A stretch of DNA of 64,000 bases from Gemmatimonadota bacterium (lineage in GTDB: Bacteria > Gemmatimonadota > Gemmatimonadetes > Palauibacterales > Palauibacteraceae): assembly GCA_039586095.1 (NCBI GenBank), contig JBDHLB010000003.1:66945-130944 (forward strand), written 5' to 3'. The position numbers were made by a program, and so were the translations under genes. This document shows positions 8,415-19,426 of this stretch, piece by piece. The notes beneath the pieces were generated by a model, which saw nothing but the letters and a program-made list of their open reading frames with translations, was not told the origin of the DNA and ran no database searches. Numbering within the stretch: the stretch's first letter is position 1; every line of letters starts with the position of its first letter.

Positions 8415-9851
8415 ATGGCGGAATCCGCACACAGCGACTCGACCGAAGCCGAGAGCGGCCGCAGGGTGAAGCTGCCGGTGCACATGCCGCCGGCCTTTCA
8501 TCTGCTGGCCAAGCCCACCGGTGCGCAGTGCAACCTCGACTGCGCGTACTGTTTCTTCCTCGACAAGGAACTGCTGTATCCCGACAGCCGCTTCCGCATG
8601 TCGGACGAGATGCTGGAGGGCTACATCCGCCAGCTGATTGAGTCCCATCAGACGAATCAGGTGACCGTGGCCTGGCAGGGGGGCGAGCCGACCCTGATGG
8701 GACCGGCCTTTTATCGCCGGGCGATGGAGCTCGAGGAGAAGTACCGTCGCCCCGGGATGACCTTCCTGAACACCATGCAGACGAACGGCACGCTGCTCGA
8801 CGACGAGTGGTGCGAACTGTTCAAGGAGCACGACTTCCTGATCGGGCTCAGCATCGACGGACCGGGCTGGCTGCACGACATCTACCGGCTCGACAAAGGC
8901 GGGCAGCCGACGTTCGACAAGGTCATGCGAGGCTTGCGGCTGCTGCAGAAGCACGAGGTCGAGTACAACCTCCTCACCACCGTCAACCGGGCTAACGGAG
9001 ATTACCCGCTGGAGGTCTATCACTTCCTGCGTGACGAGGCCGGCACCGACTGGATCCAGTTCATCCCGGTCGTGGAGCGCATCGACGAGACCGGCCGGGC
9101 GCTATGCCAGGAGGGATCGACCGTTTCCGATCGCTCGGTCGAGCCGGAGCAGTTCGGCCATTTCCTGAGCACGATCTTCGACGAGTGGGTCCGCAACGAT
9201 GTCGGCAAAGTCTACATCCAGACGTTCGAAGCGGCGTTGAGGAACTGGCTCGGAATGGACTCGTCCGGCATGTGCGTCTTCAACGAGACCTGCGGGGTGG
9301 GGCTGGCCATCGAGCACAACGGAGACCTCTACGCCTGTGACCATTTCGTGGAGCCGAACTATCACCTGGGCAACATCCAGGACGTGCACATGTCCGAAAT
9401 GGTCGCCTCGGATCAGCAGCTGAAGTTCGGTCAGGACAAGCGGGACACGCTGCCGCAGTATTGCCTGGATTGTGATGTGCGCTTCGCCTGCCACGGCGAG
9501 TGTCCGAAGAACCGTTTCACGCTGACCCCGGATGGGGAGCCCGGGCTGAACTACCTGTGTGCGGGATTCAAGCACTTCTTCCACCACGTCGACTTCCCGA
9601 TGAAGATCATGGCGGGTCTCTTGCGCCGACAACGGCCGGCCACGGAGGTGATGCAGATACTGGCGGCGGAGGAAGCCAAGCTGGCCGCGGCGGTGGCGCA
9701 GGCGGGTCGCAACGATCCCTGCCCGTGCGGCAGCGGACGCAAGGTCAAGAAGTGCCACGGCTTGCCCGAATCCGAGCGGGAACCGAAGCGACCCAGACGG
9801 CCGCTTCCAGAGCCGCAAAAGCGCTCCGATTCGATCGCGACAGCGACCTAG
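8415..9851 (+). CDS. anaerobic sulfatase-maturating enzyme family (radical SAM/SPASM) with C-terminal SEC-C motif
   Basis: CNLDCAYCFF radical-SAM cluster motif, GGEPTL, and SPASM cysteines (CDHF...CLDCDVRFACHGECPKNRF). C-terminal CPCGSGRKVKKCHG. ATG 8415 is preceded by GGGGAGAGGG. Confidence 0.85.
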   Translation: MAESAHSDSTEAESGRRVKLPVHMPPAFHLLAKPTGAQCNLDCAYCFFLDKELLYPDSRFRMSDEMLEGYIRQLIESHQTNQVTVAWQGGEPTLMGPAFYRRAMELEEKYRRPGMTFLNTMQTNGTLLDDEWCELFKEHDFLIGLSIDGPGWLHDIYRLDKGGQPTFDKVMRGLRLLQKHEVEYNLLTTVNRANGDYPLEVYHFLRDEAGTDWIQFIPVVERIDETGRALCQEGSTVSDRSVEPEQFGHFLSTIFDEWVRNDVGKVYIQTFEAALRNWLGMDSSGMCVFNETCGVGLAIEHNGDLYACDHFVEPNYHLGNIQDVHMSEMVASDQQLKFGQDKRDTLPQYCLDCDVRFACHGECPKNRFTLTPDGEPGLNYLCAGFKHFFHHVDFPMKIMAGLLRRQRPATEVMQILAAEEAKLAAAVAQAGRNDPCPCGSGRKVKKCHGLPESEREPKRPRRPLPEPQKRSDSIATAT

Positions 9852-9903
9852 CGCCCCCTTTCGCCGCGAACCCTGAAGCGGCGCCGATTCTACGGCGGCG
9901 ATT

Positions 9904-11349
9904 CTACATATTGGGATGCCCGATCGGGTGAAGCGCCTCGACTCTGCCGGCGAGGGCCAGCACCGCCTCTTCGCCTCGCGGCGGGCCGATGATCTGAAGG
10001 CCCACTGGCAGCCCCCCGCTGTCCAGCCCGCACGGCACGGACGCGACCGGGAGCCCGCTGAGGCTGAAGATGAAAGTGGGCGCGAACCACTCAATGTAGC
10101 TCTTCATGCGCCGGCCCCCGACTTCTTCGGGGTGGTTCTGTTCGGCCGGGAAGGGTCGCACGGCCACGCAGGGCGTCAGCACCTGGTCGAAGCGCTCGAA
10201 GGTCCGGTCCATCTCGCGCCACAGCCGTCCCCGGGCCTGTTCCGCGGCGGCGAGTTGTTCAGCGGTCACGGCGAGCCCCACTTCGATGTTTCCTCGCAGG
10301 TTCTCTCCCAATTCGTTCAGCCGATCGAGCCGGCTGACGTGGGAGGCGACCATCCAGCGGCCCCGGATCGCGAGGAACGCGTCGAAGGCGTAGGAAAGAT
10401 CGAGCTCGACCTCTTCGACAGTCGCTCCGTTCCCGTCCAGCGCCTCCGCCGCGCTCCGGCACACCGGCTCCACCTCGGACTCGAACCCCAGGCCGGTGGG
10501 GTCGCGCACGTAGGCAACCCGCAGACCATCCGCCGGGCCACGGCGCACCGCACCGATGAAGTCGCGACCCCTGGTCGGCTGCACGACCGGTGACAGGGGA
10601 CTGGGACCGGATATCGCCTGAAGCATAAGCGCGACGTCCTCCGCCGTCCGCGCCATCGGCCCTGTGACGTCGAGGTCATCCCACACGAGGTCTGTCGGAT
10701 AGGTCGGGACGAGACCGGGTGAAGGCCTCAGGCCCACGACGCCACAGAACGACGCCGGAATCCGCAACGAACCGCCCAGGTCCGTGCCCTGGGCCAGTGC
10801 GACCATCCCGCTGGCCAGCGCCGCCGCGCCGCCGCCGGTGGATCCACCGGCGCTCAGCGTTGGATCCCATGGGTTTCGTGTTCGACCGAACACCTCGTTG
10901 AACGTGTTTGCCCCGGCAGCGAACTCCGGCGTGTTGGTCTTTCCCAGCACGATGGCCCCCGCCTCGCGCAGCCGGCGCACCACCAGGGCGTCTTCGGTCG
11001 GCACGTGTTCGGCGTACAGCGGTGAGCCGTACGTGGTGCGCATCCCGGCGACGGGGGTCACGTCCTTGATCCCCACGGGAAGTCCCTGCAGGAGCCCCGG
11101 CTTCTCGCCGCGCGACTCGGCATCAACGGCTCGACGCGCAAGTGCTCGAGCCTCATCGAGGGCGGTCTCCGACAACGTGACGACCGCGTTGATCAGCTCG
11201 TTGTGGCGCTCGATCCGGGCGAGACAAGCCTCCACGACCTCGACGGGCGACAGCTCGCCGACCCCGATTCGGCGCCGGAGCTCCGTTGCGGAGAGGCGCG
11301 CGATGTCAGTGTGGTCGCTCACCGTACGCTGGCCTCGTTCATCTTCCAC
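9904..11349 (-). CDS. amidase (amidase-signature family)
   Basis: GGSTGGGAAALASG and GTDLGGSLRIPASFCG signature segments. GTG start. Confidence 0.85.
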   Translation of the reverse strand: MEDERGQRTVSDHTDIARLSATELRRRIGVGELSPVEVVEACLARIERHNELINAVVTLSETALDEARALARRAVDAESRGEKPGLLQGLPVGIKDVTPVAGMRTTYGSPLYAEHVPTEDALVVRRLREAGAIVLGKTNTPEFAAGANTFNEVFGRTRNPWDPTLSAGGSTGGGAAALASGMVALAQGTDLGGSLRIPASFCGVVGLRPSPGLVPTYPTDLVWDDLDVTGPMARTAEDVALMLQAISGPSPLSPVVQPTRGRDFIGAVRRGPADGLRVAYVRDPTGLGFESEVEPVCRSAAEALDGNGATVEEVELDLSYAFDAFLAIRGRWMVASHVSRLDRLNELGENLRGNIEVGLAVTAEQLAAAEQARGRLWREMDRTFERFDQVLTPCVAVRPFPAEQNHPEEVGGRRMKSYIEWFAPTFIFSLSGLPVASVPCGLDSGGLPVGLQIIGPPRGEEAVLALAGRVEALHPIGHPNM

Positions 11350-11385
11350 CCGCGCTCGACCTGCGAGTTCTTGCCTTCGCAGCGG

Positions 11386-12174
11386 CTACTCCTCGACGAA
11401 CGCGATCACCCGGGCGAAGGCCGCCTCGCCGCCCTTGAAGTTCCACGGAAACACGCCGAGCGTCAGCCGGCGGTTCTGCAGCTCCGGAGCGGAGATGGAG
11501 CCCCCCAGGTTCTCCACGTGCATGCAGTTGTACGGGAACAGCTTGTTGTGAGTGAGCTGGTAGTCCTCGTCGGGGAACAGCCGGTCCACGGCTTCCTTGC
11601 CCCCGAACTTCTCCTCGGTCAGCGCCCGCACCCGGTCGCAGTGTCCGAACGTGCCCTTCCCGAGGAAGCGTCCGATGGGCAGGTCCATAGGGTGGTCTGT
11701 AGAGACGGCGTCCACGCCCCAGATGTGAACCTTCTTCTCGAGCAGCCACGGCACCATGTCCGGGTGCGCGCCCGGGTGGCGGTGGACGTATCGCTCCTCG
11801 TCGGCCTCCGCCCCGAACTGCGCGTACCGGTGCCAGCCGGTATGGAGCAGCACGATGTCGCCCTCCCGGACCTCGACCCGGCTGTCGATCATCTCCGGCG
11901 TGTACGCGGCCACATCGTCCATCTCTTCGGTCAAATCGACGATGACGCCCGGTCCATAGAGCCAATCGAGCGGGATCTCGTCGATCGTCATCCCGCCGGT
12001 CACGAAGTGACGGGGCGCGTCCAGGTGGGTCCCCATGTGATTCGAGGTCTGGATGTACTGGGCGTTCACCCCGTGCTCCGCCTTCCGCTTGATGTACTTC
12101 ACTTCGAACGGCGGATAGTAGGGCCAGAAGAACACGTCCTGATTCAGCGGTTGAGAAAGATCGTATAGCTTCAT
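11386..12174 (-). CDS. cyclase family protein (kynurenine formamidase-like)
   Basis: MKLYDLSQPL...GTHLDAPRHF...HTGW motifs. GGAGAG lies upstream of the ATG. Confidence 0.8.
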   Translation of the reverse strand: MKLYDLSQPLNQDVFFWPYYPPFEVKYIKRKAEHGVNAQYIQTSNHMGTHLDAPRHFVTGGMTIDEIPLDWLYGPGVIVDLTEEMDDVAAYTPEMIDSRVEVREGDIVLLHTGWHRYAQFGAEADEERYVHRHPGAHPDMVPWLLEKKVHIWGVDAVSTDHPMDLPIGRFLGKGTFGHCDRVRALTEEKFGGKEAVDRLFPDEDYQLTHNKLFPYNCMHVENLGGSISAPELQNRRLTLGVFPWNFKGGEAAFARVIAFVEE

Positions 12175-12249
12175 TTCGACTCTCCGTTGTTGTCATCGAG
12201 GCGGCAGGCGGCGGTCCCCTGCGACGACCCGGCTCCGAGTGCCAACCTC

Positions 12250-13440
12250 CTACACGACGCCTTCGTCGCGCAGGTGGTCCACGTCAGCCTCACTCATGTT
12301 CAGCCAATCGGACAGAACCTCGGCCGTGTGCTGGCCCAGCGACGGCGGCGGTGCCTCGACCGCGCCGGGCGTGTCAGAGAGCTTGATCGGCACACCCGTG
12401 ACTCGAATGGGCCCCGCCTCCGGGTGCTCCAGCGCCACGACCATATCCCGAGCGAGCACCTGCGGGTCTTCGCAGACTTCCTGCACTGTCCTGATGCGCC
12501 CACACGGGATGCCGCGGCTCCGGAGCCTGTCGATCCAGTCGGTCGCGCCTCTTCCCATCATGACGGGCTCCAGCAGGGCATGCAGCGCATCGGCGTGTGC
12601 CACCCGGTCCGCATTCGTGCGAAAGCGTGGGTCTTCCGGCAGGTCGCCGAGGCCGGCCGCATCGCAGAACCGTTGCCACAGGCGCTCGTTGCCGCAGGCG
12701 ACATTCACGTAACCGTCCGCGCAGCGGAACGTCTCATACGGGGAGATGGATGGGTGTTTGTTGCCGATGCGGGTGGGGCTCTCGCCCGTGGCGAAGTAGA
12801 TGCCGGCCTGATACGTGAGCAACGCGACCTGGCCGTCGAGCATGCCGATGTCGACCAGCTGTCCCTGCCCCGTTCGCTCGCGCGTGAACAAAGCCAGCAA
12901 GATCCCCTGCAAGGCCAGCAGACCCGATACGATGTCGGCCTGCGAGGTCCCGACCTTGAACGGCGGACCGTCCGGATCCCCTGTCAGACTGGCGATGCCT
13001 CCCTCGCCCTGGATGATCAGATCGTAGCCGGGCAACTCGCTTTTGGGCCCTGTGTGCCCGTACCCCGAGATCGAGCAGTAGACGAGGCGCGGATTGCGCT
13101 GCTTCGCTTGCTCATAACCGGACCCGAACGCCGCCATCGTGCCGGGCCGGAAGTTCTCGACGAGCACGTCAGCCCTCTCGAGCAGTTTGCGCAGCAGCTC
13201 GAGACCCTCCGGTCGCTTGAGATCGAGCGTCAGGCTGCGCTTGTTGCGATTGACGCTCATGAAATAGGCGCTCTCGCCACGGATAAACGGCGGGCCATAG
13301 CCTCGCGTGTCGTCGCCCGCCCCCGGCCGTTCGACCTTCACCACGTCCGCCCCCATGTCACCCAGCATCATCGTGCAGTAGGGGCCGGCGAGGACCCGCG
13401 TCATGTCCAGGACCCTGAGGCCCTCTAGCGGCTTGGGCAT
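12250..13440 (-). CDS. CoA-transferase family III (CaiB/BaiF-type)
   Basis: LEGLRVLDMTRVLAGPYCTMMLGDMGADVVKVERPGAGDDTR N-terminus, typical of the family. Confidence 0.9.
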   Translation of the reverse strand: MPKPLEGLRVLDMTRVLAGPYCTMMLGDMGADVVKVERPGAGDDTRGYGPPFIRGESAYFMSVNRNKRSLTLDLKRPEGLELLRKLLERADVLVENFRPGTMAAFGSGYEQAKQRNPRLVYCSISGYGHTGPKSELPGYDLIIQGEGGIASLTGDPDGPPFKVGTSQADIVSGLLALQGILLALFTRERTGQGQLVDIGMLDGQVALLTYQAGIYFATGESPTRIGNKHPSISPYETFRCADGYVNVACGNERLWQRFCDAAGLGDLPEDPRFRTNADRVAHADALHALLEPVMMGRGATDWIDRLRSRGIPCGRIRTVQEVCEDPQVLARDMVVALEHPEAGPIRVTGVPIKLSDTPGAVEAPPPSLGQHTAEVLSDWLNMSEADVDHLRDEGVV

Positions 13441-13480
13441 TCCGTGCTCTCCGACAGCACGTGGCTGCTTGCTCCAGGTA

Positions 13481-14916
<1,436 letters not shown>

Positions 14917-14920
<4 letters not shown>

Positions 14921-15816
14921 CGAGCCTCGCCCGCTGAGCCCCGTTCGCCGCGAGCCCGAGCAGCCGCCCGGGTGAGGGCCCGCGAGGTGAGCACGCGTGC
15001 GAGCTGCCGACGGTAGGCGGACGAGGCGTGGATGTCGGACGGCGGGTCGATGTCTCGCGTCGCGGTGACCTCAGCGGCCAGACGAACCGCATCGGTCGTG
15101 GGCTCCTGCCCTTTCAGGCCCGCCACCGCCTCTGAGGCCGTGACCGGCCCTTCACCCACGCTCAGCAACACGATGCGCGCGTCGTCGCAGCGCCCTTTTC
15201 GGTCAAGCGTGAGCGTGGTGGCGACTCCGACCAGCGCGTAGTCCCCGTGTCGCCGTGAGATCTCCTCGAACGCCCAGCCGGTCCGTTTTGGCACTTTGGG
15301 CACTTCGACCGAGAGCAGCATTTCGTCTTCGGCGAGGGCCGTGGCGAACAGGCCCGTATAGAAGTCGGCCGCGGGTACACGGCGTTCAGCGCCTCGGTTT
15401 CTCACCAGGAATTGCGCGTCCAGAGCGACCATGAGGGCGGGAAGCTCTGCCGCCGGATCGGCGTGGGCCAGACTCCCGCCGATCGTGCCTCGATTGCGCA
15501 CCTGGGGGTGGGAGATGAAGGGGATCGCTTCGGAAAGCAGCGGGGCGCCGCTGCGGACGGCATCGCTGCGCTCCGCCGCCCGCTGGCGGGTCATCGCGCC
15601 GATCTTCAAACCTCGTCGTGCCTCCTCGATCCATGCGAGGTCGCCGAGCCGGTTGAGATCGATCAGGACGGCCGGCTGGGAGAGCCGAAAGTTCATGGTG
15701 GGGATGAGACTCTGCCCGCCGGCCAGCAGCTTCGCCTGCGAGCCGTACTCGGCCAGGAGCTCCAGGGCCTCGTCAGCCGTGTCGGGCCGGAAGTACCGGA
15801 ACGGGGCGGGCTTCAC
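14917..15816 (-). CDS. molybdenum hydroxylase FAD-binding medium subunit (CoxM/XdhB-like)
   Basis: VKPAPFRYFRPDTADEALELL...LLAGGQSLIPTMNFRL. GTG at 15816 overlaps the coxG-like TGA (GTGA). The 463-aa ORF in the track is an upstream extension into the neighbouring gene. Confidence 0.85.
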
Positions 15817-16355
15817 AGCAACAACACGAGAAGGACCGCGAGGACGACGATCCCGATCGCCAGCACGACGGGTCGGGAGAGCAGCTGAACGGGTGCTGCG
15901 GCCTCGGGAGGTGCTTCCCCCTGCAGGTGCCGGTTGATCGCCTCCAGGCCCTGGTGGGACATGCTCTTCGCCACGGAATCGAGCAGCCGCTGACCCACCC
16001 CGGCGATCCGACCGCCGACCTGGAGGTCGGCCGTGTACTTCATCAGGGTTTCGTCCGGGCCCTGCTCCGCCAACTGCACGTGCGCCGTGCCTTTCGTGAA
16101 GCCGGCAGCTCCTTTTCCGTCGACCCGCATCGTGAAGCTCTCGGGCACGACCTTGTCGACCAGCTCGATCGCCACGTCGAAGCGGGCCGCCGTGACCGGA
16201 CCCACGGTCGCCTCCATCTCGCCCACGTACCGATCCTCGTCGACGCGCTCCAGCTTGGTGCCCGGGAGCGCCTTGGCCAGCACGGCGGGGTCCATGAGGT
16301 TCACCCACAGCTCGTCGCGCGGACCGCTGAACAGGAACTCCGACTGGATCTCCAC
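15813..16355 (-). CDS. CoxG/SRPBCC family protein with C-terminal TM anchor
   Basis: MEIQSEFLFSGPRDELWVNLMDPAVLAKALPG... is typical CoxG. Hydrophobic tail VVLAIGIVVLAVLLVLLL. Confidence 0.8.
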   Translation of the reverse strand: MEIQSEFLFSGPRDELWVNLMDPAVLAKALPGTKLERVDEDRYVGEMEATVGPVTAARFDVAIELVDKVVPESFTMRVDGKGAAGFTKGTAHVQLAEQGPDETLMKYTADLQVGGRIAGVGQRLLDSVAKSMSHQGLEAINRHLQGEAPPEAAAPVQLLSRPVVLAIGIVVLAVLLVLLL

Positions 16356-16382
16356 GCTCTATCCGCTCCCTTCTGAAGCGAG

Positions 16383-18728
16383 TCAGCCCGTCTCGCGCGC
16401 CGCTTCCAACAGCTCGAACAGCCGGTTCGGGCTGATCGGCATCTCGAGAATCTCCAGACCCGGCATCTGGAGCGCGTTCTCGACCGCCTGGGCGAACAGC
16501 GGGTTGGTCGGGATCGCACCGGCCTCGCCGGCTCCCTTGATCCCCAGCGGGTTGAACGGGGACGGGGTCACCACGTGGTCCGTGTCGACGGGCGGCACAT
16601 CCGTGGCGGTGGGGATCAGGTAGTCCATGAACGACGCGTTTTGAAGCTGCGCGTTCTCGTCGAACACGAGCTGCTCGTAGAAGCAGTTTCCGATCCCGTG
16701 GGCCACTCCGCCGATGATCTGTCCTCTCACGATGGTCGGATTGATCACTCTGCCGCAGTCGTGCACGACCACGTAGCGCTGCACGTCGACCATGGCCGTC
16801 TCGGGATCCACCTCGACGATCATGGCGTGGACTCCGCTGGCCGTGCTGCCCTTTTCGGGACCGAAGTAGGCCGTGGCCTCGAGCCCGGGCTCCGTTCCCG
16901 GCCTCACCGCGCCTCGCAGCGGGTTTGCCAGCACGGCCAACTCGCCGAACGCGATCGATCGGCCGGGCGCCTCCTTCACGCGGACGGTGCCCGCGACAAG
17001 CTCGAGATCCGCCAGCTCCGCCTCCAGTTCCTGGGCAGCCTGCTCCAGAATCTTCTCGCGCAACGCGACGGCCGCCGCGTGGCAGGCGTTGCCAGCCACA
17101 ACCGCACCGCGGCTGGCGAACGTTCCGGTTCCCCAGTGGAACTTGCCCGTGTCCCCGGTCACCACCTCCACGTCCGTCACCTCGACGCCGAGCTGGTCAG
17201 CGACGATCTGCGCGAAAGAGGTGAAGTGACCCTGGCCCTGCGTTCCCACGCCGGTCGCCAGGCTGACCCGTCCGCTGGGCTCGACGCTCACCCGAGCGCC
17301 CTCGTACGGGCCGATGCCCGTGCCCTCCACGTACGACACGATGCCGATGCCCACATGCCGTCCTTCGGCCCGGGCGGCTGGCTGGGTCTCGCTCAGAAAC
17401 CGTGCGTAATCGATCATCTCGGTCGCCCGATCGAGCGCCGGCTCGTAGTTGCCGCTGTCGTACACGAGGGAAGCCGAGTCCTGATAGATAATCCCGTGAT
17501 CGTGCGGAAAGGCGTCCGGCGGCAGGAAGTTGCGCCGCCGAATCTCGGTCACGTCGATCCCGAGCTCGCGCGCCGCGAGGTCCAGCAAGCGCTCCATGAC
17601 GAACACGCCCGGCTGACGGCCCGCTCCGCGGACGGGGCTCACGATGGGCTTGTTGGTGAACGCCGCGCGGAACTCGCTGTAGTAGTTCGGCACCACGTAC
17701 GGGCCGAGGAGCGTGCACTGGGTGTTGATAGGAAGCGTGAGACCGTACGGGTTGTAGGCGCCCGCGTCGTACACGAACGAATCGCGCACCCCGAGGATGC
17801 GACCCTCGGCGTCCACGGCCAGCTCCGCTTCGTGGACCTGATTCCGCTCCTGGGTGGTCGCGAAGAAGCTCTCCTGGCGGTCCTCGATCCACTTCACCGG
17901 CTGACCGAGCTGCATGGTAATCCAGGGGAGCAGGACCTCCTCCGGGTAGAACATCATGATCTTCGGTCCGAATCCGCCCCCGATGAACGGAGCGATCACG
18001 CGGACCTGGTGTTCAGGCAGGCCGAGCATGCTTGCCAGGCCGTTCCGGATGGGGATCGGGGCCTGTGTGGTGTCCCACACGGTGAGCTCGCCGGACTTCT
18101 GATCCCAACTCGCCACCACACCCCGATTCTCCATCGGGGCGGAGGCGCCCCGGTCGTGGAGCAATCGGCGACGGACCACGAGCGCCGCCTGTTCGACGAT
18201 CGAGGCGTAGTCGCCCTTCTCCTGGATCGCGTGCGCGGCCAGGTTCGATTCGAACTGCTCATGGATGCGCGGAGCGTCGGACTCGAGGGCGCCTACGGGG
18301 TCGGCGACCGCCGGGAGCGGATCCAGCTCGACCTGGATGAGGGGCAGGGCATCCTCGGCCTCGTACCGGCTACGGGCGACCACGGCGGCGATCGGCTCTC
18401 CCACGTGCCGCACCTTGTCCTTCGCCAGCGGGACCTGAGTTGCGCAGTGAAACTCCAGCCGCTCGATGGGCTGAGGCGGGACGAGGAGCGGCCCGGGCTG
18501 CCAGTACTCTCCCAGGTCCGCCGCCGTGTAGACCGCGACTATGCCGTCGGACTCACGAGCCGCCGACACGTCGAGGCTCGTGATGCGCGCGTGCGCATAG
18601 TCGCTTCGCAGGAACGCGACGTGGAGCATCCCCTCCAGCTGCACGTCGTCCACGAACAGGGCCTGTCCGGTGAGCAGTCGATGATCCTCGTTGCGGGGGA
18701 CGGGAGCCCCGAAGAACGCCGCGCTCAT
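16383..18728 (-). CDS. molybdopterin-binding large subunit, xanthine dehydrogenase/CoxL (form II-like) family
   Basis: Start MSAAFFGAPVPRNEDHRLLTG at ATG 18728, 2 nt after the small-subunit stop. Contains IGGGFGPK and the loop SPVRGAGR. Confidence 0.9.
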   Translation of the reverse strand: MSAAFFGAPVPRNEDHRLLTGQALFVDDVQLEGMLHVAFLRSDYAHARITSLDVSAARESDGIVAVYTAADLGEYWQPGPLLVPPQPIERLEFHCATQVPLAKDKVRHVGEPIAAVVARSRYEAEDALPLIQVELDPLPAVADPVGALESDAPRIHEQFESNLAAHAIQEKGDYASIVEQAALVVRRRLLHDRGASAPMENRGVVASWDQKSGELTVWDTTQAPIPIRNGLASMLGLPEHQVRVIAPFIGGGFGPKIMMFYPEEVLLPWITMQLGQPVKWIEDRQESFFATTQERNQVHEAELAVDAEGRILGVRDSFVYDAGAYNPYGLTLPINTQCTLLGPYVVPNYYSEFRAAFTNKPIVSPVRGAGRQPGVFVMERLLDLAARELGIDVTEIRRRNFLPPDAFPHDHGIIYQDSASLVYDSGNYEPALDRATEMIDYARFLSETQPAARAEGRHVGIGIVSYVEGTGIGPYEGARVSVEPSGRVSLATGVGTQGQGHFTSFAQIVADQLGVEVTDVEVVTGDTGKFHWGTGTFASRGAVVAGNACHAAAVALREKILEQAAQELEAELADLELVAGTVRVKEAPGRSIAFGELAVLANPLRGAVRPGTEPGLEATAYFGPEKGSTASGVHAMIVEVDPETAMVDVQRYVVVHDCGRVINPTIVRGQIIGGVAHGIGNCFYEQLVFDENAQLQNASFMDYLIPTATDVPPVDTDHVVTPSPFNPLGIKGAGEAGAIPTNPLFAQAVENALQMPGLEILEMPISPNRLFELLEAARETG

Positions 18729-18730
18729 CG

Positions 18731-19261
18731 TTAGGCCCCTTCCCCGCGGTCCGCCCCTTCCGCCACCGCCCTCACCGCCTCGACCATGCTCTGGTATCCG
18801 GTGCAGCGACAAAGATTTCCGGACAGCGCCTCGCGGATCTCGGGCTCATCCGGATCGGGGTTCTCTTCGAGAAAGGGAATCAGGGTGAGGAGCACGCCGG
18901 GGGTGCAGAAGCCGCACTGCAGGGCGTGGGCCTCGTGGAAGGCCGCCTGCAGCGGGTGAAGGGGCGCCTCCTCGGCCACCCCCTCCGTGGCGGCGGCTGC
19001 CCCGTGCGCCCCGTCCGCCAGCCCCTCCACGGTCGTGAGCTCTGCGCCGTCGGCCTGAACGGCGAACATCAAACAGGAACGAACCGCTTCGCCGTTCATC
19101 AGCACGGTACACGCACCACAGACGCCGTGCTCGCACCCGACATGCGTGCCGGTCAGCTCGAGATCCTGTCGGAGGAAATCACTCAGGAGGAGGCGCGGTT
19201 CGACCGACCGCTCGTGACGAACGCCGTTCACCGTCAGCTGGATCGTGTGAAGCTCGCGCAC
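18731..19261 (-). CDS. (2Fe-2S)-binding small subunit (CoxS-like)
   Basis: GCEHGVCGACTV and CGFCTPG...CRCTGY cluster motifs. GTG 19261 with GGAG 8 nt upstream. Confidence 0.9.
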   Translation of the reverse strand: MRELHTIQLTVNGVRHERSVEPRLLLSDFLRQDLELTGTHVGCEHGVCGACTVLMNGEAVRSCLMFAVQADGAELTTVEGLADGAHGAAAATEGVAEEAPLHPLQAAFHEAHALQCGFCTPGVLLTLIPFLEENPDPDEPEIREALSGNLCRCTGYQSMVEAVRAVAEGADRGEGA

Positions 19262-19426
19262 GCGCTGGCTCCGCTCTCTATCGGACCGATTGTCCCCCGT
19301 CGCTCCTGACCGGAGGCCGCTGCGGGTCTCCGCCGGGCGAAGGGATGCGACGCGGACAGAAGAACAGGTTAGATGCCCGCAGCGGCGCTGGCAATCGAGT
19401 GCCACGCGTCCTCGCGGTGGCAGGTG

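Noticed and set aside
9878-9907. Near-tandem direct repeat GCGGCGCCGATTCTAC / GGCGGCGATTCTAC between the convergent anSME and amidase genes
   Set aside because: Only two short imperfect copies, partly inside the amidase C-terminal codons. No further structure and no evidence of function.
15817-16308. N-terminal 164-aa extension of the FAD-subunit ORF (463 aa in the track)
   Set aside because: The extension is Arg/Gly-rich and overlaps the CoxG-like gene. GTG 15816 gives the canonical VKPAPFRYF start with a GTGA overlap.
16575-18734. 719-aa plus-strand ORF antisense to the Mo-hydroxylase large subunit
   Set aside because: Same shadow-ORF composition (R, H, D, G, L rich) with no family signature. 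The opposite strand has unambiguous xanthine-dehydrogenase-family motifs.
16383-19261. Calling the CoxSLM-like genes a genuine aerobic CO dehydrogenase
   Set aside because: The large-subunit loop reads VRGAGR rather than the form I VAYRCSFR signature (from memory). The gene order is S-L-(G)-M, and the context is nucleobase-type transporters and hydrolases.
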